NCBI GenBank assembly: GCA_964627215.1
Contig: CAZVIZ010000002.1
Location: 612-64,611, forward strand
Origin: an uncultured Dehalococcoidales bacterium
Lineage (GTDB): Bacteria; Chloroflexota; Dehalococcoidia; Dehalococcoidales; E44-bin46
Reading direction: 5' to 3'
DNA: 64,000 nt
Below, piece by piece: positions 18,375 through 27,717 of this stretch (within the stretch, counting starts at the first letter, position 1; each line of letters starts with the position of its first letter). The notes under the pieces were generated by a model, which was not told the DNA's origin, made no database searches, and saw only the letters and a program-made list of their open reading frames with translations. A program made the translations under genes and the position numbers.

Positions 18375-19043
18375 TTAAGCCTTGCTCCAGGCCGCCTTAG
18401 CCAGCTTCCAGGAGATGTTCTGGCACAGTATAATGGTGTCTTCTCCACAGAGGTAGTCCGCTATGTTGGCGTCAAAGAGTATACTGGCTGCGGGGGGAAA
18501 CTCGTCGTCACCGCGCCACACCGCAAGCGTCAACGGAACCCTGGGGAGTGCATTTATGGTTACCGCCGCATCGGCGCAGTCCGCCCTCTTTGCTCCAAAC
18601 ATACTAGCCGTCTGATAGATTAGCTCCGGCTTAGCGCCGAAGGCGTCCTCCAGCGGCTTTATAGCCCGCTTGTAGAAGGTGGGGAAGTAGTTCACCCCCT
18701 CGGGCAGCTCCTTGAGGGTTATCAGTCTGTTGCTGGGCGGCGTCCCCTTGGCGCGTAGGAGATAGTGGAGCAGTAGAATTTTGTCCGTTATGGGCACCTC
18801 CCCTTCGCCCTGGCTAGAGACGGCTATGGGGGTGAGCGTTATGGCGTAGTCGCGGCCCATGTAGCGCAGAGTGATGGATTTTGCAGGGTCCTTATCATCG
18901 CAGACGGCACCGCTTTTACGGCACAGCGCAACCGCATCGGATCTCTCCTGAAGCTCGCGGCAGGCAAGGCTGTAAGCCTCCTTATAGGCCTCGGCATAGC
19001 CGTGCCGCTGGGGGGAGTGGTACGAGGGTATTTGTTTACTCAT
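18375..19043 (-). CDS. conserved hypothetical protein at the 3' end of the acs/met operon (possibly DUF3786-like)
   Basis: 222-aa ORF, 33 nt downstream of metF and co-oriented with it. No catalytic motif is recognised. The family assignment comes from memory of similar acs-cluster genes, not from a search. Confidence 0.45.
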   Translation of the reverse strand: MSKQIPSYHSPQRHGYAEAYKEAYSLACRELQERSDAVALCRKSGAVCDDKDPAKSITLRYMGRDYAITLTPIAVSSQGEGEVPITDKILLLHYLLRAKGTPPSNRLITLKELPEGVNYFPTFYKRAIKPLEDAFGAKPELIYQTASMFGAKRADCADAAVTINALPRVPLTLAVWRGDDEFPPAASILFDANIADYLCGEDTIILCQNISWKLAKAAWSKA

Positions 19044-19076
19044 CTATAAAAAGCGAGATGGATCTGGGGCATTCCC

Positions 19077-19958
19077 TTATACTCCGGCGGCCTCCAGTAT
19101 TTTAGGTACGTATTTATCCCATCCCAGGGGCATCAGGTGTACACCCTGGCACATATCCTGCATATCCTTTATCAGCTTGGCGGTTATCTCTATGGACGTG
19201 GCTACTTTGTCGTCGGTCTTGGTCATACTCTCTATTATGTCGTCGGGGACATTTATCCCTGCGACGAACTTGTTCATATACCTGGCCATACCGGCGGACT
19301 TGAGCGGGATAAGCCCTACAAGTATGGGCACGTTAAATTTCTCCACCCGCTTCATGAAATTGGCGAAGACGTCGGCGTCGTAGACGGCCTGCGTCTGGAA
19401 GAACTTCGCCCCGGCGGCTATCTTTTTCTCCATCTTTATTATCTGAAGCTCCATGGAGGCCTCAGTGTCGGCCCCGGGGTTCACCACCGCTCCGGGGAAG
19501 AGATCGGGCTTGCCCTGAAGCTCGTTGCCCACCATATCCTTGCCTAAATTGAGTTCGGTTATAACCTGCAATAGCTGAACTGAGTCCAGATCGTAGACCC
19601 CCTTGGCCTGCGGGTGGTCGCCCAGAGAGGGTAGATCTCCGGTGAGGGCCAGGACGCTCTCTACCCCCAGAACCCAGGCGCTCAAAAGGTCGGACTGCAG
19701 GGCTATCCTATTTCTATCGCGGCAGGTTATTTGGAATATAGGGTCCAGGCCGCCATTCTTGACCAGGTGGCATGTGGCCATTGAGCCCAGTCTCATTACG
19801 GAGCTCTGCTGGTCGGTTATATTGGCGGCGGATACCTTGTCCTTAAGTAGCTCGGTTACCTCTTTGATTTCCTCGGTGTCGGTCCCCTTTAAAGGGCCTA
19901 TCTCCGTGGTGACCGCAAACTCCCCTGATGTTACGTCTTCTCGGAAGCTCATAACCAT
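19077..19958 (-). CDS. metF: methylenetetrahydrofolate reductase, acetogen type (copy 1)
   Basis: Motifs TDQQSSVMRL, ITCRDRNR, LALTGD and FQTQAVYD, typical of MetF-family TIM barrels. Confidence 0.88.
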   Translation of the reverse strand: MVMSFREDVTSGEFAVTTEIGPLKGTDTEEIKEVTELLKDKVSAANITDQQSSVMRLGSMATCHLVKNGGLDPIFQITCRDRNRIALQSDLLSAWVLGVESVLALTGDLPSLGDHPQAKGVYDLDSVQLLQVITELNLGKDMVGNELQGKPDLFPGAVVNPGADTEASMELQIIKMEKKIAAGAKFFQTQAVYDADVFANFMKRVEKFNVPILVGLIPLKSAGMARYMNKFVAGINVPDDIIESMTKTDDKVATSIEITAKLIKDMQDMCQGVHLMPLGWDKYVPKILEAAGV

Positions 19959-19986
19959 GCCCTCCTTTCACAGGATTTGTCCCTTG

Positions 19987-20655
19987 TTATGTGATCTCAA
20001 GGCTGCGTGGATTAAGCGTCTTGCCGTAGTTGAGTGGGGGAAGGATTTTGTTTAGCTTATCCAGTTGGCCCAGTTGCTTCAACCTCTCGTATATGGTCAG
20101 CCAGACGCATTCGTGGTTGGGGTCTTGCTCGCACTTGCCCATCTTATCACCGGCGCAGGGGCCGTTCAAAAGCCTCTTGGGGCAACGCGATATAGGGCAA
20201 AGGCCGGCGAAGTCAGCCACGATACATTCGCCGCACTGGATGCAGGTTTCCTCAAACTTGTCGGGGCCTCCCATCATATCGCCCACGGCGTCGGCGGCGG
20301 GGTAAAGGGGAACCAGCATGCCCAGATCTTCTACCAGTATCTCCCCGACCATCTGCACACCACAGCCACAGCAGAGCATGAGCATGGCATCGGAATGGGC
20401 TATCTGCTGGGAGTGAATCTCTAGTCGCTCCTTAGATTCGGGGGCGTGACAGGTGGCCTGCCCTAGTGGCACCGGTATGGCAACCACGACTTCCTTGCCC
20501 TTCTTGGTCAGGGTCTCGGCCATAGCCTCCACCTCCGCCTCTCCACCGACGCGGCACATACTAGCGCATCCGCCGCACCCCATTAGGACCAGTTTGTTTT
20601 TCCCCTCCAGCGACTCCAGGATTGTCTGCAACGACTTTTGTTTAAGCCCAATCAT
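19987..20655 (-). CDS. metV: MetV-type Cys-rich partner subunit of methylene-THF reductase (copy 1)
   Basis: Cys-rich motifs MGCGGCASMC, LMLCCGCGVQ and CIQCGEC...CPISRCPKRLLNGPCAG. It lies immediately upstream of metF, as in acetogen metVF pairs. Confidence 0.8.
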   Translation of the reverse strand: MIGLKQKSLQTILESLEGKNKLVLMGCGGCASMCRVGGEAEVEAMAETLTKKGKEVVVAIPVPLGQATCHAPESKERLEIHSQQIAHSDAMLMLCCGCGVQMVGEILVEDLGMLVPLYPAADAVGDMMGGPDKFEETCIQCGECIVADFAGLCPISRCPKRLLNGPCAGDKMGKCEQDPNHECVWLTIYERLKQLGQLDKLNKILPPLNYGKTLNPRSLEIT

Positions 20656-20697
20656 TGTTCGCCTCCTTGGGGGTTCTTCTAGTTATAATTTATTGTA

Positions 20698-21573
20698 TCA
20701 CACCTCAAGCCAAGAATGTGAATAGAGAATTTCTCCGGTGAGCACCCTGACAGTCTTTATGTATTTCATATCCTCCGCTTCCAGGGAGGAGGTGTCAACC
20801 TTTTCTCCATCCATCATGCGGTGTATGGTATTCACCAAGTCTTGCTTCTCGCCTCGGGCTATGCGGATAAGCTCGGAATCGTAGGCGTCCACTATGGCGG
20901 CGTGAAGGCCGTATTTCATCAGCATCATCAGGTAGGTGCGGTTCAGGTAGGGCCTGAGCTCGTTGGGACTGCCGTTGGACACGTTGGAGAGGCCAACCAC
21001 GGACTTTGCGCCGGGGGCTATCTCCTGGAGCATGCTCATGAACTCCAGACACGGTTTCACCTGATTAGTGTCCACGTTGGACGCCGGTGTTACCACGGGG
21101 TCAAACCAGATGCGCTCGTTAGGTATGTCCATGGCGGACGCGGCCATCATCAATTCAGAGGCTATCATCGCCCTCTCGTCGGCGTCTCGGGGCATGCCGT
21201 CGCGGCCCCAGAGCAGGCCTATCATATCGGCGTCATACTTGCTCACCAGGGGCAGCTCTTCCTCCATGCGCGGCAGGGATACGGAGTTCATTAGTGCCTT
21301 GCCCTTATGCACCTTTAACCCCGCTTCCATGGCTGCCGCGTTGGTGGTGTCCAGGGAAAGGGGTTTATCCGCCGCCGCCTGGACGGTCTCCACAACCCAG
21401 GTCATGAAGTCCTCGCCGTTCTTGCGGGCGGGCCCGATGTTCACGTCAAGCCTATCTATGCCGGCCTTAACCTCTTCCCTGGCCATGGCCTGGATTGGCT
21501 CCGGGTTCCTGTCTCGCATCGCCTGTCCGGTTACGGTAGCCGTTATATTTATGTTCTCACCGATAAGAATCAT
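20698..21573 (-). CDS. acsE: methyltetrahydrofolate:corrinoid/iron-sulfur protein methyltransferase
   Basis: Pterin-binding (DHPS-like) TIM barrel with MILIGENINI, LDVNIGP, LSLDT and GLSNVS motifs. The gene sits between acsC and metV. Confidence 0.88.
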   Translation of the reverse strand: MILIGENINITATVTGQAMRDRNPEPIQAMAREEVKAGIDRLDVNIGPARKNGEDFMTWVVETVQAAADKPLSLDTTNAAAMEAGLKVHKGKALMNSVSLPRMEEELPLVSKYDADMIGLLWGRDGMPRDADERAMIASELMMAASAMDIPNERIWFDPVVTPASNVDTNQVKPCLEFMSMLQEIAPGAKSVVGLSNVSNGSPNELRPYLNRTYLMMLMKYGLHAAIVDAYDSELIRIARGEKQDLVNTIHRMMDGEKVDTSSLEAEDMKYIKTVRVLTGEILYSHSWLEV

Positions 21574-21583
21574 GTTATCTCCT

Positions 21584-22936
21584 TTAAGCCTTCCAGGCCT
21601 TTAAGTATGCGGGTAGATGCGCCGCTTCCCTGGGGCCGACCATCACTTCCCAGTCCCCCAGATCGTCTTCCACGCCGCCGCTCTCCATGGCTATATAGCC
21701 CGGTAGTATCAGCTTCTTGTGCTTTACCTTATCCATTATGCCGCTCTTCTTAACGAAGGTAGCGATGTTGTCTCCCACGAAGGTGCCAGCCGCCCAGGCG
21801 GTCATCACGGAGAGGCCGTCGGTGTTCATTACCAGCAGCCAGGACGGTACGCGGCTGGACTCTATCTCCCCGGCGACGATGAAGTAGGTCAGCGAGAAGT
21901 TGGTGGTGATAAGTATGGGCGAGTTCTCGTCGGGGTTACCTATCTCGTAGATGCCCTCCTCGGTCATCAGCGGCCTCTGGGGGTCGGTGTAGATGTTAAG
22001 TCGCTCCACCAGCAGGTTGAACAGGCTCTCCCCGTTGAAGTCGGAGAGCACCAGTATGCCGGCGTATTTGGCGATTAGTATGCTTGCGTACAGCGCCTCC
22101 TTCATGGGGTCGTCTGTCATCTCGTTTACTGGCACGATGGTGGGGAAACCCAGGGGGCGGAACTTATTATTGAGGGCAGCGCTCCTTATGATTATATGGT
22201 CCTGGAAGACCTGCCTGAGTTGCCTGGCCCCGCTGTCCAGGACTATGTCCTTGACCTCGGCCTGAGAAAGCTTCTCGCTAATCTCGGCTAGCTCGTCCAG
22301 ATTGGCGGCCTTGACCGCCAGGGGGCAGGAGTGCTTCTTAGCAAGCTCGGCCATCGCGTCGGCGTTATCCTTGGTGGCGGCGTAGATAAGCGGTTTCTTA
22401 TCTCCGCAGACCGCGAGTGCCGCTGCTATGGCGTCCGTGCTATCGCTCATCAGTATAAGGGGGTGTTCGGTGTCGGAGGCCGCCTTCTTGGCAAGCTCTG
22501 CGAACTTGCCGGCGTCTCCGGAGTCGTTCTTAAGAGCCGCCAGGTCGGCATGCAGGTTGAGCCCTATCCTCTCAAAGGTCAACTCATTGAGTTTTTTGAG
22601 GCGGCTTGTCACTTCGGCGTCGTCCATGGAGTCGCTTATCAGTATGGCTAGCCCGCAGGGGTGTTCAAAGCGCTTTTCGTGGCGGAACATTACCGTTTCC
22701 CCGCCCACGGTGAGCTTTTTATCACCTGTTCCTATGGCCACAGCCCTTATGGGCGGCGCCGAAGCCTCGGAGAGATGCTCCTTGGCCTCGTCGGATACGT
22801 GGGGGCAGGCGGAAAGCTCTGCCTTGCCCTGTGCCAGGCTCATGGCGAAGGCCAGGCATGTGGGCACGCCGCAGTCTCCGCAGTTGGTCTTGGGCAATAG
22901 CTTAAAGATCTCTATTCCTGTAAGGGGCATGGTCAA
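21584..22936 (-). CDS. acsC: corrinoid iron-sulfur protein large subunit
   Basis: N-terminal 4Fe-4S motif CGDCGVPTCLAFA...C, followed by TIM-barrel and corrinoid-binding regions. It sits directly below acsB. Confidence 0.88.
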   Translation of the reverse strand: MTMPLTGIEIFKLLPKTNCGDCGVPTCLAFAMSLAQGKAELSACPHVSDEAKEHLSEASAPPIRAVAIGTGDKKLTVGGETVMFRHEKRFEHPCGLAILISDSMDDAEVTSRLKKLNELTFERIGLNLHADLAALKNDSGDAGKFAELAKKAASDTEHPLILMSDSTDAIAAALAVCGDKKPLIYAATKDNADAMAELAKKHSCPLAVKAANLDELAEISEKLSQAEVKDIVLDSGARQLRQVFQDHIIIRSAALNNKFRPLGFPTIVPVNEMTDDPMKEALYASILIAKYAGILVLSDFNGESLFNLLVERLNIYTDPQRPLMTEEGIYEIGNPDENSPILITTNFSLTYFIVAGEIESSRVPSWLLVMNTDGLSVMTAWAAGTFVGDNIATFVKKSGIMDKVKHKKLILPGYIAMESGGVEDDLGDWEVMVGPREAAHLPAYLKAWKA

Positions 22937-22945
22937 AGACTCCTT

Positions 22946-25156
22946 TTAGATTATTGACTCCATGGTGAGTGCGGGGTGCTGCTTCTCCTGGAGGAAGGGC
23001 AGTATCTCGTCCTCGGTGGTGCCGACGGTCTCGTCGGCTATCCTGTCCAGCAGATCGGGCACGCCCATCTCCTCGGCGCGGGCGTTGAACCGCTCCGCTA
23101 TCTCCTCCTTGAGCATCTTGGGCATCCACACTAGCCTCTTTATGCCGCCGTCGGCGGAGATAAATTTCTTCTGGGTAATGTTATATTTGCCGTGGCCGAT
23201 GAAGCCGGGGGTGCTTATGCCGCCGCCGACGTTTCCGGCCAGGGTAGTGAACTTCATTCCGCAGGGCGTCTCTGCGTTGTATTCCCGATTTACCGTCATA
23301 ATCCCGTTGCACATGGGCAGGATGGCAGCCACGCACTCACAGCAGCCGCAGGTGGTCCAGGGCTCGTGTATCATGCTGTACATGCTGTAGCGGTCCAGCT
23401 TGCCGCGGGAGGCCTTCTTGATGAACTCGTTTACGCCCTTCCACTGGCCCATCTTATCGTCCAGGGTCTCCCCTTTCTCTATAGGCTGGTTGGGGCCGGT
23501 GGGGTCTATCTCAAAGGCGGCCTTACAGTCCATCCAATTGTAGGAGCCGCACAGCCCCGTCTTCTCCGGGGTGATTACGCAGACGTGGCTGGGGGCGAAG
23601 GACTGGCACAGGGTGCAGGAGTAATAGGTTTCCGTGGTCTCGTCGGTCATGCCCTCTATACGGGCGTCACGGTGGTGGTAGGACTCCCTGGCCTGCTCCC
23701 TTATCTCCAGCACCTTGTCCTCCTCGGTGTATAGCTTAACCTGGAGCTTATCGAAGATGCGCCCGAAGTCTTGGTGCAGCTTGGCATGTAAAAGAACGCC
23801 GATATCGCGCAGAGTGAAGCCCTTCTCATGGGCCACCTTGCTTATGCGCAGCCAGCCGATGTCCCGCTGGCCCTGGTGCCATACCCCGCTGGCATAGTTT
23901 ATAAGGTGGTGTATCTGCCGTTCCAGGATAGGCTCATAGTCCTCCTGGAACTCCCTGCCGGCTACTTCTACCACTATGGCCAGTGGCAGGTGGGCCTCCG
24001 GCTCTATGTCGGTTACGTCGGGGCCTACGACTTCTATTCTGCCGTCCTCTACCTCGTTCATTTCCTTGGATGTCACCCACTCGCACATAGGGGTGGGGGG
24101 CTTGCCGGTTCCGCACTCCAGATACCACTCCCCCTTACGCACTCTCTCGCCTTCAAAGGCGGGACCGTAGGCTACGGGGATGGGTATCTCAGTTATTGAT
24201 GTCTTAAGCCCTCTCACCTCCACCGCCTTGGCTACTATCTTATCGTGGGGCACGTTGGAGACGACGTGTTCGTAGGTGCAGATGCCGCTGGGCAGGATCT
24301 CCGGTATGGGGGTGTCGGCGATGGTGGGGAAGCCCCACAGCACCGCCCCGGCGGCGTTGGCGTACCATTCATCGGTTACATATCCCAAGGGCAGGACGAA
24401 GGAGAAAACGCGGTCCTTGTTGTATATCAAAATCTTTCTGTAGTCGCCGGGCTCTATGCCTCCGAAGCTCATGGCCGCCCTGGTGGCGAAGCCCAGGGCA
24501 AACACGGCCGCCGAGATTTCGGGGCCGAAGGGAACCAGCCTAACCGGCCAGCCTATCTGCACTCCGGCCTCTACAAGCTGCTCAGAGAAGCGCTTGCCCT
24601 CGTGGTCGGCGCACATGAATATATACAGGTTCTTGGATTGAAGCTCCTGGGCCATATTCTTGGCCGTCTCGGCATCCGGCGCGGCGCCGCAGATGGCGGC
24701 GAAGCCAGGGGCTGTGCCGTCCACGAACTCCACACCCCTCTTCCTGAGGATAACATCGTCGGCTGCGCCCAGCCAGATGTTGCCGTCGGATACATCCTCG
24801 CCCTGAATATAGAAATCGGGCTGTTCCAGGTATCTTATGGCCTCTATAATCTCCTCGGCGAAGAAGGTGGCCATGCCGGCGTCCAGGGCGGGGGCCAGGT
24901 ATGGCAGGGGGTGCTCCTGCCTCACGGGCGGAGGCAACAGTGATTTACACTTCTTAATCACCTTCTCCATATCGCCCAGCTTCTCCACCTTATGTCCCAT
25001 AATGCCGTAGATTACGGGCAGGTAGTAGGTGGTGTTGGGGAATCCCACCGGCTCGCCAGCGCCGTACTTATCCATGGCCTGCTGCCAGGACTTCTCGGCG
25101 CGACCAATTATCTTATATGCTCCTCTTATAGCTGCTGATGCGATTATTTTGGACAT
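22946..25156 (-). CDS. acsB: CO-methylating acetyl-CoA synthase (A-cluster subunit)
   Basis: 736 aa. Contains the A-cluster Cys motifs (CTLCQSFAPSHVC...C...TCGCCEC) and has the typical bacterial AcsB length. Confidence 0.92.
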   Translation of the reverse strand: MSKIIASAAIRGAYKIIGRAEKSWQQAMDKYGAGEPVGFPNTTYYLPVIYGIMGHKVEKLGDMEKVIKKCKSLLPPPVRQEHPLPYLAPALDAGMATFFAEEIIEAIRYLEQPDFYIQGEDVSDGNIWLGAADDVILRKRGVEFVDGTAPGFAAICGAAPDAETAKNMAQELQSKNLYIFMCADHEGKRFSEQLVEAGVQIGWPVRLVPFGPEISAAVFALGFATRAAMSFGGIEPGDYRKILIYNKDRVFSFVLPLGYVTDEWYANAAGAVLWGFPTIADTPIPEILPSGICTYEHVVSNVPHDKIVAKAVEVRGLKTSITEIPIPVAYGPAFEGERVRKGEWYLECGTGKPPTPMCEWVTSKEMNEVEDGRIEVVGPDVTDIEPEAHLPLAIVVEVAGREFQEDYEPILERQIHHLINYASGVWHQGQRDIGWLRISKVAHEKGFTLRDIGVLLHAKLHQDFGRIFDKLQVKLYTEEDKVLEIREQARESYHHRDARIEGMTDETTETYYSCTLCQSFAPSHVCVITPEKTGLCGSYNWMDCKAAFEIDPTGPNQPIEKGETLDDKMGQWKGVNEFIKKASRGKLDRYSMYSMIHEPWTTCGCCECVAAILPMCNGIMTVNREYNAETPCGMKFTTLAGNVGGGISTPGFIGHGKYNITQKKFISADGGIKRLVWMPKMLKEEIAERFNARAEEMGVPDLLDRIADETVGTTEDEILPFLQEKQHPALTMESII

Positions 25157-25183
25157 ATTGCTTTTCCCTCTTCCCTATGGGTA

Positions 25184-27154
25184 TTAGTCAAGCTCTCGTC
25201 TCATTGCCATGTCGTAGAGAACCCTTTCCCTGGCCTTATCTATGCCTAGCTCCTTGCGCTTTCCGTCTATCTTCTCAATCATAAGATGGGCGGCCTTTAT
25301 GGGGTCTGGCTCGAAGGCCCACATGCCGCCGTAGATCTCGCCGAACTCCTTGAACAGGTGGTCGGTGACCTCCTTGCTGCCCAGGGTGGGCCAGTTGACG
25401 CCGAACACGGTGAACACACCGGAGCCGACGAAGTAATTGCCGATGGCTAGGGCTTTCTCGCTCATCCATTCAGGTGCGGCGCCGACTACGGGCATGTCGC
25501 AGACGTCGTCGCCCAGGCCCCCGTCCTTCACCATGGCGCTGGCGGCGACGAGTATGCGGCTGTTGTCCACGCAGGACCCCAGGTGCAGCACCGGGGGTAT
25601 GCCCACGGCCTCGCACACCGAGGCCAGCCCCTCGCCGGCGTACTCGGCGGCGGCTTCGGGCAGCATCAGCCCGGCCTTGGCGGTGGCCATGGCGGAGCAG
25701 CCGGTCTGGAGCACTAAGACATCGTTTTTGATAAGCTCCTTTACCATACGCACATGGACGTCGTCGTGGGTTACGCGGGCGTTGTTGCAGCCCACCACCC
25801 CGGCCACGCCCCTTATGCGGCCGTTTATTATATTGTCGTTCAGGGGGCGGTATGATGCGCGGTACAGTCCGCCCATAAGGTAGTTGATGGTCTCGTGGCT
25901 GAAGCCCGCAATGAGGTCGGTCTGCTCTTTGGGGATTCTTATATTCTTGCCCCTGTTTTCAAAGTTGTCTATTGCGGTTTTTATTATCTTCTTGGCGACG
26001 TCAGGGGCATGGTGCTCGTCGAAGTCTATGTGGGTGGCGCCCTCTATGTGTGCCCTGGGGTCGGTGGTGATTACCTTGGTGTGGTAGCACTGGGCCACAT
26101 CGGCCAGGCCCTGCATGATACACTGGACGTCCACTACTATGGCCTCCAGGGCGCCGGTGACTATGGCCAGCTCCTGCTGGAGGAAGTTCCCTGCTATGGG
26201 AACGCCGTGGCGCATGAGTATCTCGTTGGCGGTGCAGCACATACCGGCCAGGTTTATGCCCTTGGCTCCCTTGGACTTGGCGTATTCTATAAGCTCCTTG
26301 TCCTGGCACACCACCGCCAGCATTTCTGCCAGCTGCGGCTCGTGGCCGTGGATGATGATATTGACCTCGTCATCTTTCATCACGCCTAGGTTTATGCGGC
26401 TCAAAACCGGTGATGGCGTGCCGAACATGATGTCCTGAAGATCGGTGGCCATCATGCTGCCGCCCCACCCGTCGGAGAGGGCTGTTCTTACGCTCTGCTT
26501 GAGCAGGCTCTTATAGTCCTGGTCCACGCCCATATGGGTGCGGTGCATTGTCTCCACCACCTCGCGGTCTATACCCCTTGGCATCACACCCTGCTTGCGC
26601 CACAGAGCCTGACGCTTCAAGGGGGCGCGTTTGGTCATGATAAGCTCGCCCTCCTGGCGGCCGAATTCCTTCATCACCACCTCGCCGATTTCTACGGCTA
26701 TCTCCTGGTTGGAGCGGTCGCCGATGTCCACGCCGATGTCCAGGGCCAGCTGGAGGAGCTTCTGCTCGTCCTTTATCTCATATCCCTGGGCCTCCCCCTT
26801 GGCTACCAGCAGGAAGGCCTCGGCTACCTTGCGGCCGTGGTCGCTGTGGGCCGCCACTCCACTCGCCACCATGCGGGCGAAGTTGCGCGCCACGATGGTC
26901 TCGGCTGTGGCGCCGCAGACGCCCTTGCGCTTGCCCTTCTCCTCCGGGGTCTCCTCCTTGCCCTTGGGTAGGGGTACACGGCATGGCCCCATACTGCACA
27001 GGCGGCAACAGGTGCCCACTTGTCCGATAGGGCAGGGCTTCATGCCCTGGGCGCGGTCGAAGACCACGCTGCAGCCGTCCTCGGCTGCCTTGTCAATCAT
27101 ATCCAGCGTTGCGTCATCAATGCTGGCCTTTTGTTTTTCTTTTTCTTGTGTCAT
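25184..27154 (-). CDS. cooS: anaerobic Ni-Fe carbon monoxide dehydrogenase catalytic subunit
   Basis: B/D-cluster motif CPIGQVGTCCRLCSMGPCR and C-cluster ligand regions (HGHE, GMCCTANE, GCNN). ATG 27154 lies 1 nt after the fur-like stop. The longer track ORF would overlap that gene. Confidence 0.92.
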   Translation of the reverse strand: MTQEKEKQKASIDDATLDMIDKAAEDGCSVVFDRAQGMKPCPIGQVGTCCRLCSMGPCRVPLPKGKEETPEEKGKRKGVCGATAETIVARNFARMVASGVAAHSDHGRKVAEAFLLVAKGEAQGYEIKDEQKLLQLALDIGVDIGDRSNQEIAVEIGEVVMKEFGRQEGELIMTKRAPLKRQALWRKQGVMPRGIDREVVETMHRTHMGVDQDYKSLLKQSVRTALSDGWGGSMMATDLQDIMFGTPSPVLSRINLGVMKDDEVNIIIHGHEPQLAEMLAVVCQDKELIEYAKSKGAKGINLAGMCCTANEILMRHGVPIAGNFLQQELAIVTGALEAIVVDVQCIMQGLADVAQCYHTKVITTDPRAHIEGATHIDFDEHHAPDVAKKIIKTAIDNFENRGKNIRIPKEQTDLIAGFSHETINYLMGGLYRASYRPLNDNIINGRIRGVAGVVGCNNARVTHDDVHVRMVKELIKNDVLVLQTGCSAMATAKAGLMLPEAAAEYAGEGLASVCEAVGIPPVLHLGSCVDNSRILVAASAMVKDGGLGDDVCDMPVVGAAPEWMSEKALAIGNYFVGSGVFTVFGVNWPTLGSKEVTDHLFKEFGEIYGGMWAFEPDPIKAAHLMIEKIDGKRKELGIDKARERVLYDMAMRRELD

Positions 27155-27155
27155 T

Positions 27156-27602
27156 TTACCCCTCTCCGTCCTCGCTGTTTTGAGCCTGCCCTTTGGGGGA
27201 ATGGGAGTTCTGGCACTGAATACACAGCCCACAGAACTCCAGGCGGTGGTAGCTTATCTTAAAGCCCGTGTTTCTGGCAACCCTTTCATCCAGGGCCTTA
27301 TCCACGGGCTCGTCTATGTCAAACAGGCGGTTGCACCCCTCGCACTTGAAGTGGTAATGGTTCTGCGTCTTGCCGTCGAAGCGCCTCAGGCCGTCCGCCA
27401 GGCTCACCTCAATTATGTCCCCGTCCTTTTTCAACAGCCTCAGGTTACGGTATACCGTCCCCAGGCTGATGTGGGGCATTTCCTCCCTCACCTGGACGTA
27501 TATGTCATCGGCGGTGGGGTGGCAGTCGGTTGCCCGAAGCATCTTCAGGATGCCCTCTTTCTGTTTAGATTTTCTGCGCATTATAAAATACTGTGAGTAC
27601 AC
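27156..27602 (-). CDS. Fur-family metalloregulator embedded in the acs operon
   Basis: Winged-helix segment LGTVYRNLRLL, HYHFKCEGC and CGLCIQC (a CxxC...CxxC structural site). The start is GTG 27602 or ATG 27581. Confidence 0.85.
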   Translation of the reverse strand: MYSQYFIMRRKSKQKEGILKMLRATDCHPTADDIYVQVREEMPHISLGTVYRNLRLLKKDGDIIEVSLADGLRRFDGKTQNHYHFKCEGCNRLFDIDEPVDKALDERVARNTGFKISYHRLEFCGLCIQCQNSHSPKGQAQNSEDGEG

Positions 27603-27622
27603 ATAATAATAACCATTATTAT
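27603..27622. promoter_or_regulatory. Fur-box-like palindromic operator
   Basis: ATAATAAT-AACC-ATTATTAT is a perfect 8-4-8 inverted repeat directly 5' of the fur-like ORF. By hand alignment, 15 of 19 positions match the classical GATAATGATAATCATTATC consensus. Confidence 0.55.
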
Positions 27623-27644
27623 ATAATGAAAGCTGGTTTTAGGG

Positions 27645-27696
27645 AAATATGCCCTGTTCTGTCAAGGCGTGTTGACCTTGGGATTAGGGCATATTT
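27645..27696. repeat. nested inverted repeats in the acsD-fur intergenic region
   Basis: AAATATGCCCT (27645-27655) pairs with AGGGCATATTT (27686-27696). The inner pair GTCAA...TTGAC lies in the loop. This may be an operator, attenuator or processing site. Confidence 0.4.
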
Positions 27697-27717
27697 TATG
27701 AGCCTTCCCTTACCTTC

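Noticed and set aside
25184-27232. The longer 682-aa version of cooS starting at 27232
   Set aside because: The extra 26 codons would overlap the 3' end of the fur-like gene and encode a non-conserved basic peptide. ATG 27154 gives the usual CooS N-terminus.
26631-27596. 321-aa + strand ORF overlapping cooS and the fur-like gene
   Set aside because: It is antisense to two well-supported genes, its composition is Ser/Ala/Pro-biased, and it has no conserved motif. It is a shadow ORF.
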